Of a stretch of 64,000 nucleotides of DNA, positions 18,555 to 62,201 are shown in pieces (the first letter of the stretch is position 1; every line of letters begins with the position of its first letter). Position numbers and translations under genes: made by a program. Under the pieces are notes generated by a model. The model saw only the letters and a list, made by a program, of their open reading frames with translations, was not told where the DNA came from and searched no databases. This stretch comes from Salpingoeca rosetta (Eukaryota > Protista > Choanoflagellata), in assembly GCA_033442325.1 (NCBI GenBank), contig JAWQFM010000012.1:1189577-1253576 (forward strand), in the 5' to 3' direction.

Positions 18555-20486
18555 GTGTGTGTGTGTGTGTGTTTGATGAGGAAAGGTACGGTCAACGTCA
18601 AGTCAGGTGGTGCCTTCGTTATGGGTGATGTGGCAATCTTGAACGGCACCAAGGAGAGAGGGGTACGAATCTAGGTTGCAGATAAACGTGCGCACACTAA
18701 CACAGTGCGCGACAGCACAAGCAAGCAAGCAAGCAAGAACCCGCGTACCATCACAGGATTTGTCAGTGCCTGACCAGGACGCCTCGTCGCCGAGCCAGCC
18801 ACATGTTCGCGTCTTGGTGCCACTGAGGGACAAGGTGTACCCTTCATCGCAGGAGTCGTATGTGCACTCGTCACCTGTGGTGGTGTTGGTCAATGGTGTT
18901 GGCGAGAGGTTGAGTGTTGGGGTAGGCAGTTGTGCTGTGTTGTCTCGTTGCTCATCAATATGACACGACTCATGCTGGCTTGACGGAAAGAAGGAAAGGA
19001 GGCTGGATGCTCAAAATCATGACAACTGAGCTCGTGTGTACGCGCAAGGCTTGTCGTGCATCAATGGGAAGATTGTTGTCGACCATTGACTCACCAAATG
19101 CGCCACCGCAGTCACCACTGGTTGAACCGCCATCGAGAGTGAGGGGATCGCAAGACACCACTGTCGGCAAAGATTGAAATTGCCGCGGTGAGGGGATGAT
19201 GGGGGGATGGGTGGAGGAGTATGTGAGAGATAACGGACATGTTGTGTTAGGACAGCAAGCAGCTTTGCAACAGACGCAGGAACCGTCGGATGCAAACACA
19301 GCCTTTGTCTGCCGTGCATTGCGCCAACTCAAGGACTCACGCTCGCACTCGCGGTCGTTGATCAGGCGATAACCAGAATCCTTGTCGCATTCCATCTGTG
19401 TGTGAATGAGTGGTTATGAGTGGGTGTGTTTGTGTATTTGGGTGTGAGTGTACATGTTTGCAAGTGTGAATGTGTGCATGTGAGCGTGTGTATGCGTGGA
19501 TGTGTGTAAGTGTGTGCATGTATGCGGGTGACGCTTGATCTCTTGATAAAAGCCACTGGAAAGCGCCATAACGTAAGGTTGAAACATCACAGGCCGGAGT
19601 CATAGCGCAATGGTTTGGCACACGAGCAAGTCAACAGCCGCCATTGTTTCAGCGCTGGCAGGAGAGTGACAGACCTTGCACGTAGTGGGCTGATGAAATG
19701 AAAATGCAGGTAGCATCGGCGGCGGCCCAGTTCAGTGAAGGAGAAGCAGGGTGTGCGAGTTCGTGAGGACATGGGTGTGAGTGTGTGCAAGTGTGTGCAA
19801 GTGAGAGTGAGAGAGAGAGAGTGTGTGTGTGTGTGTGCACAGCTTGTCAACGTGACACTGAAGCAAGCGCGTGCAGATGCACACCTTGAACTTGCGATCG
19901 TCCCTGTCATCATCGTTCTGACTGAACCATCCTGCAACATGAGGACATGAGAGGGAGTGTGTGTGAGTGAGTGTGAGCGAGTGAGCGAGTGTGTGTGCGC
20001 GCGTGTGTGTGTATGCGTGTGTGAGCAGATGAGAGAGAGTGTGTGTGTGTATGTGTGTGTGTGGCAATCCCTGCCAAGTTCAAGCAAACAAGAAATGAGG
20101 CAACATTCAATTAGACCACTGCTAACCGTTGCAAGAAATGCAGAATGAATGATCGACAGAACTTACCGATCATGACCCTCTCGCCGACGGAGTAGCTGCC
20201 TTCCTCGTCGTATTCGTTTGTGAACGTGAACTCTTCACGGCAATCGGTGAGCTTGGCGTTTGAGATGGACTCACACTTGAACTTCCAGCGGCGATCCTCG
20301 GTTTCATCATCGAACTCGCTCGACAAGCCGTTGACGTCTGAGCGAACAACAGTTGTACAACGAATGAAGTGCGGGGTGGGGGAGGGGAAATGGGGCGAAA
20401 CCGTGTCAGTGCGTCCTGTTGCAGGCAAGCTCAGGTCCCTGTGGCCTGGTTGGAGAAAACCAGGTTGAATCCAAGCGCGCGCACAC

Positions 20487-20585
<99 letters not shown>

Positions 20586-21347
20586 AGGGCTACATACACT
20601 TGTTTTCGGGGCACGAGAAGGCAAAGTTGGCATTCCAGTCGTTGGCCCAGTTTGACCATCTGCGTTGGGTTGTTCGGAACACGTAAATGTACATGTGATG
20701 AGACGGGTGTTCATCACATTCTTCAAGGTGGTATGACCAGGGCAGCAGGGTAAAGGGGTGAGACTTCGGCATACGAAACACCAGAAGGCTATTCGGTTGC
20801 ATTGCGGGCGGCAACTCACGATGCGCCTGTGCCATCTCCCGTGGATACGGGGGAACACGAGAACTTCCAGCGACGGTCTTCTTCACTGTCAGCGGATGGG
20901 GCAATCGAAGTGCGAAGGTGAGCAGGGCATGGGCTTCTTGTTGGTGGTATGTTGATAGCTTGTTGATAGCATGATCGTATGTTGATGGTTTGTAGGCACA
21001 ACAGCTGAGGCCCCTGTGCGAAGAAATGGGGCGGACATTGCTGTTGTGTCATGCGTTCATTGCATGCCACCCGAGCCAAGCACCGCGCACGTGAGCGAAC
21101 AAGGGGCAATTCAAGCACAGTGCAAGAGTGCACGATCGATCACACGGGCTGACGCCCTGCCTTACTCGTTGTCGTGGTAGCTGCCCATGAAGGAGATTGA
21201 AGAGCCAGTGGGGCATTCAAAGCTCAGGGGATCTCCCCAGCCATTGATCCAACCCAAGACTGCGGGTGTCGTGTGCACAAGGATGAGAAGCGACAGCAGA
21301 AGCACCTGCTGGCTGCGTCGCGGCCATGCAGCCGTATTGCCTGCCAT
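9958..21347 (-). CDS. Large type-I membrane protein: signal peptide, dermatopontin domain, Sushi, Ca-EGF, FN3-like, PAN/apple-like, bacterial-like core, Big_5-like Ig, SEA-like, TM, short tail
   Basis: ATG 21347 MAGNTAAW...[18 protein letters not shown]. Dermatopontin repeats ([52 protein letters not shown]). Sushi: CDEGYTLS...TRTC...[11 protein letters not shown]: [12 protein letters not shown]...[12 protein letters not shown]. Long exons 14147-16470, 12847-13815, 10569-12100. [22 protein letters not shown]; stop at 9958. Confidence 0.8.
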
Positions 21348-21707
21348 GCTTGGGCTTCTGTCAGAGAAGAGGAGGACAATGGAGAGGAGAAGAAGGGAGA
21401 GAGGAGGAGGAAAGGGAGAGGAGAGGAGAAGGGAGAGGGGAGCAGCGGTTGCTGATCGATGAAGCGAGAGGGCGAGGCCGATGTAGCGCAGGCTTGTTGT
21501 CAACTGTGTTACATTAAGACAAGAAAGAAATGAAGAAATGAGCAGAAGAGCCTACGATCGCCAGCACTATCGCGATGCTGTTAGGCTCAGCGCAGCTGAT
21601 GCGAGACATGACAACTACGCAAGCACGCAAGAACGCAAGAGCAAGAGGGTCTTCAAGCTTCAAGTCCACTTGAAACGGACGAAACCAACCCCTGTGTATT
21701 TGCAACA
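21348..21707. promoter_or_regulatory. Probable bidirectional promoter (dermatopontin-domain gene / ADAL-like)
   Basis: Divergent ATGs ~360 bp apart. Confidence 0.5.
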
Positions 21708-22912
<1,205 letters not shown>

Positions 22913-23071
22913 TGCTCACCGCCCCAGTGCGAGAGATGGACAGGAGCACGCATACACGCGTACACGCAAAGACATGCAAGCGCGCATACACCACACACCT
23001 ACAGACAGATACATTCACAAGTGCAGAGTCTTCTGCACAGACAAGACGCCCGCACGATGTTGAGGCGCTCC

Positions 23072-24859
23072 TCAACCCATGAACCCTTCAAAGAACTGCT
23101 CAAGCGTTTCCTCGGACAACCACTGGCTAATCTCCTCCCACATGGCCCTGGCTCGTGAAGTGGGTGGCTCCAACGCTGCGCTGTCCTTGAGCCACTGATG
23201 GACAGATGGATGGAACCTGCATGCATCCTCGACGTATGCACGCATCTGGTCGTCCGACAACCGGCGAAGAGGCGCGAGTGCGTTTCTGACATCATCCCAG
23301 TTCAGTGTCGCCGGCACGCTGACGTCGTCGGCGCTGACCCGAGCCCGCGCTATCGAAGCAGCATTTGTCGCAGCCTGAATGACGTCCGGCACAGTCATCA
23401 AGCGCGTTTCTCTGACGAGGTGACGAAGAAGAGTGACGTCACTCACACCAGTCCTGTGGTTGCTCAATTGCAGGGTGATGAGCCTTCGTCGACTGTCCTT
23501 GTTTGGTGGAAGACAAAACATTGGCATGGCGAACGTCCGCCGAACTTGGGCATTCAAAGAGCCAATAGTGTCGGCAGTTGCGATCAATATGAGGTTAGGC
23601 CACCTATCGGCATGCAGCAAGTCAACGATGGCATCCGTGGCGCTGTTGTGCCCTGCGATGGCTTCGAGATGCTCCAACACAACGACCGCGCAGCCAGGCG
23701 TGACGTTGTCTGTAGGTTTGCACGCCAGATCGGAGGCCGCAGTCAGCAAGGCCTCAAGCACGTGGGCGCGGCTGTGTCCAAGATAGCCATCAACGCCCTC
23801 CATGTTGAGCGCAGCGAAGGGCAGACCTGCGCTGTTGGCAAGTGCGTGTGCGATGGCGGTCTTGCCTGTCCCATGTGGGCCATGTAACAGCAGCCAGCGT
23901 TGGGGCTGCTGCAAACTGAGCCGTGAGTTGGGCTGTTGCCGTCGATGCCGCAGGATGTCACTGAGAATGTCATTGAGTAGCTGCAGTCCGATTCGCGGAG
24001 CAATGACGTCATGCAAGTTGAGGTTTGCGTTGGTTCGACTGCCTCTGTCAACTGCTTGAGAAATCAGTTGTCGAGCTCTTCTGCTGACCATCTCTTTGAC
24101 AACGCGCACCTTGGAGCCTTGGGGAAGATCGAGGTTGTCGAGGTCTGTGTTGCTCAGGCTATCCAGCTCGCTATCCGAGATTTTCTGCTGCACGAAGCGT
24201 GGGAAGTGTTCAAGATCGCCTGAAGCCTCAAGCATCTCGAACACCTCCTGAAAAGCGCTTGGGTCTGTTGTGTACAAGCCACGATCGTTTGGGAGTGCGC
24301 CAAGGATCTGTGCGGCAGCGGAGGGTGTTTGTCGAGCAAACAGAATATCGAGCACGGTATCCCCGTTGACGTTTGGGTCGTGAATGAGATCATGAAGCTC
24401 TTCGAGGGAGAGAAGTGCTGAAACTGTCGTGAGGACTTCGCGCAGGAGGTCGACCTTGCCAGCTTCAGCCAGTTGAATCAGGATCGTGTCTCCGTTTCCT
24501 TGCCCAACCCTTTTCATGATGGCGCTCTTGAGATTCTGCTTGCGCCCTTCTTCAGCAGCATGTGCCTCGCCAAGCAGAGCAGTCAAATGCACCCGCGCTC
24601 CATGCTTCGCTGCAATCTCCAGAGCCAGCTCGCCGTTGCCGTTCCCATCTGCTTGGTTGAAGTGAAGTCTGTCCAGAAGGCAGTGGGTGACAGTCACCGG
24701 ACACCGGCCTTCGCAGACGAAGTGCAATGCATTGCCGCGATTGTGCGTGACTGGGTCTTTGTGAGATCCAGGCTTATACCTCCAGTAGTTTGCCTGAAGA
24801 GAGGTCACGTCTCCCTGTTCACAGTACGCGGCGATGTGCCGACTCGTCGTGGCCCCCAT
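23072..24859 (-). CDS. Single-exon ~595 aa protein: MGxxxS myristoylation motif, ankyrin-like repeats, SAM domain, divergent AAA+ ATPase
   Basis: ATG 24859 MGATTS. Ankyrin-like GNALHFVC, GELALEIAAKHG, GDTILIQLAEAGKVD, NGDTVLD. SAM-like LEHFPRFVQQKISDSELDSLSNTDLDNLDLPQGSKVRV. LLLHGPHGTGKT Walker A (~23858-23881), VVVLEHLEAI at the Walker B position, LIATAD sensor-1 region, PPNKDSRRRLI lid. Confidence 0.8.
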   Translation of the reverse strand: MGATTSRHIAAYCEQGDVTSLQANYWRYKPGSHKDPVTHNRGNALHFVCEGRCPVTVTHCLLDRLHFNQADGNGNGELALEIAAKHGARVHLTALLGEAHAAEEGRKQNLKSAIMKRVGQGNGDTILIQLAEAGKVDLLREVLTTVSALLSLEELHDLIHDPNVNGDTVLDILFARQTPSAAAQILGALPNDRGLYTTDPSAFQEVFEMLEASGDLEHFPRFVQQKISDSELDSLSNTDLDNLDLPQGSKVRVVKEMVSRRARQLISQAVDRGSRTNANLNLHDVIAPRIGLQLLNDILSDILRHRRQQPNSRLSLQQPQRWLLLHGPHGTGKTAIAHALANSAGLPFAALNMEGVDGYLGHSRAHVLEALLTAASDLACKPTDNVTPGCAVVVLEHLEAIAGHNSATDAIVDLLHADRWPNLILIATADTIGSLNAQVRRTFAMPMFCLPPNKDSRRRLITLQLSNHRTGVSDVTLLRHLVRETRLMTVPDVIQAATNAASIARARVSADDVSVPATLNWDDVRNALAPLRRLSDDQMRAYVEDACRFHPSVHQWLKDSAALEPPTSRARAMWEEISQWLSEETLEQFFEGFMG

Positions 24860-25035
24860 TGCGCTGAGGCTGACAGCAAAAGAAGTGAAGAAGGAGGGGA
24901 GAAAGGAAGGAGAGATGTATGTGGGTACAGTTGTTGTTATGTTGTCGCCAGGTCCTGCTCGTGGTTGGAAATGTAAATGAACCAAAACGTTTCCCTGTTC
25001 CAGTGAAAAGCACACAGACGACATGATGACTCACG

Positions 25036-25177
25036 GTTTTATTTTGGTGCATTCGCTCCAGTGTGACACACCACCGAGTGACATTACGAGGTGCTGTTAC
25101 ACTGTTTTATTTTGGTGCATTCGCTCCAGTGAAATGACACACACCACCAAGCTACCAAGTGACATTACGAGGTGTTG
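25036..25177. repeat. Imperfect tandem duplication (~61/74 bp) upstream of the ankyrin-AAA gene
   Basis: gttttattttggtgcattcgctccagtg...acaccacc...agtgacattacgaggtg occurs at 25036 and 25104. Confidence 0.9.
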
Positions 25178-25416
25178 CGCGTGCGTGTGCCTGTGTGAGT
25201 GTGTGTGCTTTCTTTCTGGAAGCAGCTCGACGCTTTGGCGTTTCCTTCTGTTGCTCCTCCTGCTCCTCGTTACACGTCAATGTCACCTGTGTTGTTTTGG
25301 CGCTAAGCATTTCAATGTGTTGCCTGCCTGGTCACCCTCCAACTGTTTGTCAATGCTTCAATGAGTCATTCCAGCAAGCGTTTCAATACAGTCCTGCCAC
25401 ACCCCTCAACACACAC

Positions 25417-25455
<39 letters not shown>

Positions 25456-25730
25456 CACACACACACACACAGCACACACACACACAACAAAAACAGGGGA
25501 CCCTGCTAGAATAGAAGAAGAAGAAGATAACAACAGCAACCGGCCAACAGCAAATGTAACAATGTACACGATCCGAAAGCAATGTGTCATCACAACATCA
25601 TTCCCTTTCCCCACCACCGCGTCCAACTCCCTTACACCACCTTCCTATTCTGTACAGATCCCACTCCTCACTGCTCACCGCATCACCCCCTACACCCCCA
25701 CCCACACCCCCACACAACAACAACAACAGT

Positions 25731-55650
<29,920 letters not shown>

Positions 55651-56654
55651 TCGTAGCCTGGTTCCACTGCGCGCAATCGGGGCTGCGTGCTCGGACACAC
55701 AGCGTGCGCGAATGCGTGTGCTTATGGTGCACGTGGGCGCGTGTTGTTGCTAATCCAAGGAAGAAGAGAAACGCTAGAACGCTGGGTTGGGAAGGCCTTT
55801 GTGGACGAGTGTGCGGGAGAACTTCTTTGATGTGGTTGTCACAAGCCGTTCCACAGCAGGCAGAAGGGAAGGAAAGCACGCGGTTATTCAAAGGATAAGA
55901 GGTGATGCGAAGCGGCTGTGAGGGCGCTGAGGGTGGTTTGCTGCAATAACGAGGAGAGAGAAGAGATGGGAGCTGCGAAGAAGGGAGAACAAGGGAGAAG
56001 GAGCTGCTGCATCCACGATCCAGCAGCCAGCATTGACGGCAGCAGCAAAGAAGCAAGCAAGCAAGCAGAGTGGTGTGGCGTCCTTCTTCTCGTGGCCTTG
56101 TTTGAATGGGTGCGGTTTTTGCTTTGTGTTGTGGTGCGCTTGTTTTGTGGGTGTTTTGGTTGGCGGATGCGAAATTTCATTGTATGTTTTGCGAAAGACT
56201 TCCTAGTTTATTCCGCAGCCAGTGACAAGACTGCTGCCTGCAGGCAACAACAAGGCGACATGACAAGCAAGCAAGCAACAAGCAAGAAGCAAGCGCCAGT
56301 GAATGCGACATGGACGCGGGTGGCTTGGCTATCAGTGGCGACGATGACAACGGCAAGCAGCCAAGCAAGCAAGTGAAAGGAATGTGGCGGCTACCATAGG
56401 TGGGGAGGAAGTATGTATGTACAAGCAAGGTTGGAGAAAAATGCAAACAAGGAACAGGAGTTGTTGTTATCGTGTCTCTCAAACAAAGCACACGAACGAA
56501 GAAAACAAGCAAGCAAGCAAACACGAAGGCTCTTGTGGGGAACGAGGGATTCAAATGTACAGTCGTCATGCTTATTGTGTGGTATGATGTGGTGTGGCAC
56601 ACGTCATGCCATGCCTCGTGCTTGGCCAGCTTGGGCATGGGCTCCTGTTGCTGT

Positions 56655-58087
56655 CTATGTTGCCTTTGTTGTTGCTGTTTCTGTTGAAATTGCTGTTTCT
56701 GTTGTTGTTGTTGCTGCTGTTGTGGCTGAGCTTGGTGTGGTGGTTGTTGTTGTTGTGGTTGCTGTTTCTGTGTTGTAGGCTGTGGGTCGCGCGATTCTTC
56801 TGCGACGCGTCGCAATGGGACTGCCCACCCCAACCGTGGAGGCAGCAATCCCGCCATCCACACCACTATTTCTCTTGGACGCGGGCGAGGATGCCACATG
56901 CCGTCTGACGCCATTCTTCCCCTTACTTCCAACACCACCATCACCACCATCGCTTATGCTGCTGCTGCTGCTGCTGCTGCTGTTGTCGGTGGTGGTGGTA
57001 GTCGTGGTAGTGTGTGTCTCATTGATGTTGATGCTGGCGGTAAAGGAGGTGCGGAAGGAGTTCCTGCGGGCGCGGGGCCGGCGGGCCATCAGCCGCGCCC
57101 TGTGCTCAGCCAGCGATGAAGACATCACCTCCACCGTCATGGTCTCGCGTCGAGCGGGAATATACGACGACGATGACAGCGGTGATGAAGCAGGAGAGGA
57201 GGCGGTCAGGGACGCCGTGGACGTGAACGCACTGCTGTCCCCGCTGTGGCCCGCACGTCCATTCGTAACTGATGCAGTCGCAACAAAGGCGCTCCTCTCA
57301 TCGTCGTCAGCCTTCGTGTTGCTGCTGCTGCCACTCTTATCATGGCGATCATCGCCGTTTGTGTCGTCACCATCCGGCCCGAGGGAGCGGCGTTGTCTAC
57401 GGGGAAGGGCAAAGCGCGGTGCCAGCCGCCGTGGCGATGGCGAGGCGACCGCATGGGGGCGGCGTGGCGGTGTGTGGCGCGCGTGCGCGTGTCCGTGTGC
57501 CAGCGATGGCGCGAAGAACACGGGGCGTGGAGGGCTGCCGTCCATGGCCTCACCGCTGCCACTCGGGTCAAGCATGAGCGGAGAGAAGCTGCGGCCCAGC
57601 TGCTCGTGCAGGCGAAACCGATCCCGCACATACGGCCGCACATCCGACGGGTTCTGCATGTGTGTGAGCGTACATGAGTGCGTGCGCGAGTGAGCGAGAG
57701 AGTGTGGGAGAGAGAGAGAGAGTGTGTGTGTGTGTGTATGAGTGCACGCGCGCGTGTGTGTGCGTTGGTGAGACAGAGCTCGGCACGCATAAGAGTGGGT
57801 ATAAGTCGTTGATGAAACACTGCGAAAAGCAACAACGAGCGGCAGCGATACGGCAGCAGCCAGCGCACCATATCTGCGAGGGCGTCGAGGTAGTCTGCGA
57901 GGATGGCCAGGGAGCGGTCGGCGCGATCCTGCGACCACGTGATGATCGGGATGCCGTTCGACAGCTGGTGCAGATATCGACGGCACGGGCGTGACGTTGG
58001 GACAGGGAGCGGTCGCAGTGTGATGAGGGTGGTCGTGGAAGGGGCCGCAGGTGACACACAGACACAGGCACAGAGAGAGGGAGAAAT

Positions 58088-58119
<32 letters not shown>

Positions 58120-58435
58120 ACCCACCCACACACACACACACACACAAATATACAAACAAGCACACACACACACACATGTGTACAAACAAGCACACACACA
58201 CGCACACGCACGCACACGCACACACACAAACAAACAAACAAACAAGCCCACAAGCACACACATACACAGAGATAGCTGACCTGGTATGCAAAGACCTGCG
58301 GGGAGTTGTCTACGAGCATGACACGGCGGAGATCTCGTCCAAGCCGCGTCAGATTCTTCAAGTGAATCCCAAACTGGAAGTCGCAGTGTTCCCGGAACAG
58401 GCGGTGGCTGCAGTGACGACATGGTTGAGTGTTGT

Positions 58436-58512
<77 letters not shown>

Positions 58513-59697
58513 GTGCACGTGTGTGTGTGTGTGTGCGTGTGTGCGTGTGTGTGTGCACGTGTGTGTGTGTGTGTGGTTTTCGTTGTGAGGCACGTGAACA
58601 CGGCGGTGAGAAAACAGCTTTCATGGCGCACACACACACACACATGCAAGTGCACCAGCAGGAGTGCACCCAGGCTTCAGCCACGCGAGATACACCAGTC
58701 CAACACTCACTGGAAAAATTCATTGTGCGGGTCAAGTTGCTCCAGCAGTGCGTCTGCATACACCTGCATTGACGCCGTGAACAGTACAACCTCGTACCGC
58801 TGCGTACACAGGTGTGTGTGTGTGATTGTGTGATTGTGTGATTGTGGTTGTGATCGTGGTTGTGGTCGTGGTTGTGGTCGTTATTGTGCGAACATGTGTA
58901 CACGACAATCAGTATAAGTGTGTGTATATGGGTGGGTGACGCGCAAGGGTGAATTGTTGTTGAAGAACAAGCAAGAAGCAATGTGCAAAAGTTTGATGCA
59001 CAAGCTGGCGCCCTTACAACCACCACCACCACCGCCACCACCACGACAGCTCGACAATAGCAACGATGACAATGACAATAGCAACCACCACACCACCACA
59101 AAACAGCAGAGCATAGGTCCATCTGCCCGCACCTGGGCGACCCTGCGCAGGAAATCGCGGGCGTGCGGGCGGACGCGCGTGTAGATGCGCAGCGACTGGC
59201 CGTGCGCACTGATGTCAAACTGGCATTGAGCAGTGGGATGTTGAGGGAGGGGGGAGGGTGGTCGAAGGAGAAGGAGCACAACTACAAGTGAGGGTCCAGT
59301 GTACGAGCGTCCGCAACGACACGACAAGGAAGAACAAATTGAAATGCAACCAAGAGAGGCAAGAACCAAACAAAGATCAAGAGTCAAGAGCCAAGGGATG
59401 AAGACAGCACTGTGGAGTGAGAGCGTAGGGTTGAATTGGTGTCAAAGTCATCAGGCAACGCAGTAGCATGCGCACGACAGCATGCGAAAGGACTGACCGC
59501 CACGTCTGCGTCTGCCACGGGTGTGGTCAGGCTGTGCACCAGCGTCTCATCCTTGAGGCAACGCAACGCAAAACATGGATGGTGTGTGGGAGGGGAAGGG
59601 CATTGTTGGTGAGCATCGTTGCTGAGCAGACACTCACTCCAACGCGCATTGCGCACGCTCAGAAATGCAACCAGATACAAACAAGCAAACCGCACGA

Positions 59698-59768
<71 letters not shown>

Positions 59769-59986
59769 AGGTCGAGGACGAGGGTCATGCGTCCGTCCTT
59801 CGGCGCGGGCGGGAGGAGCGGGCCGGGCTTGGAGAAGAGCGGATAGCGCGGGGGACTGCGCAGAAACCGGATCCTGTGGTGGTGATGGTGGTGACGACGA
59901 TTGGGATTCGTGTTGCGGTGTCGAGGGTGGTGGATCAACGACGTGCAGGTACGCACAGACACACGCGCAGACAAACAGACAGACAA

Positions 59987-60039
<53 letters not shown>

Positions 60040-60446
60040 TGCACACAGAAAGACGAGCCGATCTCACATGTCGTCTGAGAGGCCTGTGAGGTGGTCAAGG
60101 TCGTGGCTCTCTGGGCGGTTTGCTTCCCGCAGGTCCGCAGGGGCGCCGATGGTGGGGGTCGCCCTTGCTGCTGTCGATGATGTTGTTGTTGTTGTTGCTG
60201 TTGTTGCTGTTGCTGTTGTTGATGTGGCTGTGGCTGCGTGGCGCGTGCTTGTTGTCGCTGTGGACGTTGATGAAGCTGGCGGCTCCGTTTGCGCAGCAGC
60301 GTCTGTATGGTTGGGAGAGGGAGGTATCGAGAGTTGTGGAGAGACACAGAGGTGGAGGTAAGCAATGAACCAATAAGCAAGCGACAAGCAAGAAATAGAG
60401 TGCGATACACACACACACACACACACACGCATACGCACACACACAC

Positions 60447-60484
<38 letters not shown>

Positions 60485-60594
60485 GCATCGCCTGTGCCAC
60501 GCCAACCAGCGTCTGGGGTGCGGAAGACGGAGAGGAGCGGGGAGAAGATGGCTGCCACATATGACGAATCCCGCCGGGATGATGACGCTGGCGG

Positions 60595-60626
<32 letters not shown>

Positions 60627-60672
60627 CCGGTGCTTCCTCATTCCGCAAGCTCGCCCACCTGTGTGTGTGTGT

Positions 60673-60739
<67 letters not shown>

Positions 60740-60854
60740 TTGGGGGGGGGAGGATATCGTACGAAGCTGTGAGAGACATGGACTTGCGCGAGGTGTGACA
60801 GGTGGGCCTGGACGACGTGTTTGTCAAGACTACGCAGAGAGAGAGAGAGAGAGA

Positions 60855-60927
<73 letters not shown>

Positions 60928-61380
60928 CGTGCGTGCGTACGGGAAGAGGCTGGCAGGGATCCATGAGTCGCGCTTGGCGGCCTTTGCTGGGCGCTTGCTC
61001 GGCGACTTTACTGGAGCTTTTGGTTGTATTCCAGCACGTGTTCATGCGCACATGTGTGTGAGAGAATGTGATCGTTTGGCGACAAGCAGATGATATAGCG
61101 TTGCCCCCTGTCACACGTACACCACACACATGCATACAGCATATACATGTGCACACACACGCACAAACACATACACACACACACACATTTTGTCTGTGAG
61201 GGAGCTTACAAGGGATGGCAGAGGTGATGATGCTGGCATCAAGGCTGGTGGTTGTTGTTGCTGTGGAGGCATGAGGCTCGTCAGCGGTGCTCGTGTCCCA
61301 CGCTTCACCTCCATCTTCATCCTCGTCATCCTCGCGTTCCTGCACACGCACACACGCACACACACACACACACACGCACG

Positions 61381-61436
<56 letters not shown>

Positions 61437-61438
61437 CG

Positions 61439-61487
<49 letters not shown>

Positions 61488-62201
61488 GCACGCACGCACG
61501 CACGCACGGAGAAGATACAAGCATCAGGTGATGAGCACATGATTGTGTGGGCGTTGGCGCGATGCAAACAAGCAGCACACTTGCCTCTTGCTCCCTTCCC
61601 CCACAAGTAGCAAAATACGCTGCGCACGCTGACCTGGGCGGTGCGCTTGCCCCTGCCTTTCTTTGCGGCGCTACTACTGGGTGAGGAAAACACCTGAAGG
61701 CGGAGGCAAGCAACATCACACACGGAAGCAGCAATCAATCCAAGACAGAGGGTCAGTGCACGCAAGGCTTGTTCGTTGAAGTTTGCAGGTGTTGCAGTGG
61801 ATGTTTGAGCGCGAGCCGAACAAACACGCATGGATGCACCTCACGCACCTCTGTTACTGTTTGCAGCACTTTCTGAAACCGGGACGGCGGTCGATCTGGT
61901 GTTTTGGGGGTTGATGGCTGGTGCGCTGGCTCTGATCCCGCGTTGTCACGCTGTTCCTGTTGCTGCTGCTGTTGCTTCTGCTGGTCCTGGAGCTGCTGCG
62001 GCTGCTCCTCTTCGTCAGCACGGTCGCTCTGAAGGTGTTGAGCCACAGTCAATAATATGACAACACAAGTCAGCGATGCAGTGCAGGCTGTGCGTGCATC
62101 GAAGCGGCACGCCAGTCTAGGACGCCCACAAGCACAACAACAACGACGACGAACAAGGTCCACAACGACAGCACCCCCTCAGCCCCACTCCAACTGACCA
62201 T
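56655..62201 (-). CDS. CTDSPL2: CTD small phosphatase-like 2 (SCP4), FCP1/NIF HAD phosphatase
   Basis: Spliced TLVLDL|DETLVHS (DxDxT), [61 protein letters not shown], and [16 protein letters not shown], which is typical of CTDSPL2. Long disordered N-terminus. Probable first exon is ATG only (62199-62201, donor gtcagt). Confidence 0.87.

Noticed and set aside
25036-25177. Possible CRISPR array
   Set aside because: Only two imperfect units, no unique spacers, no cas genes, eukaryotic context.
25366-25626. Possible TM exon for the giant cadherin (IVYIVTFAVGRLLLL)
   Set aside because: It lies after the in-frame stop, is low-complexity and UTR-like, and I found no convincing donor/acceptor pair; cDNA is needed to exclude it fully.
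55700-56650. ORFs between CTDSPL2 and the cadherin start (e.g. 56177..56950)
   Set aside because: Low-complexity alternative frames of the CTDSPL2 tail/UTR and promoter region; no domain signal.
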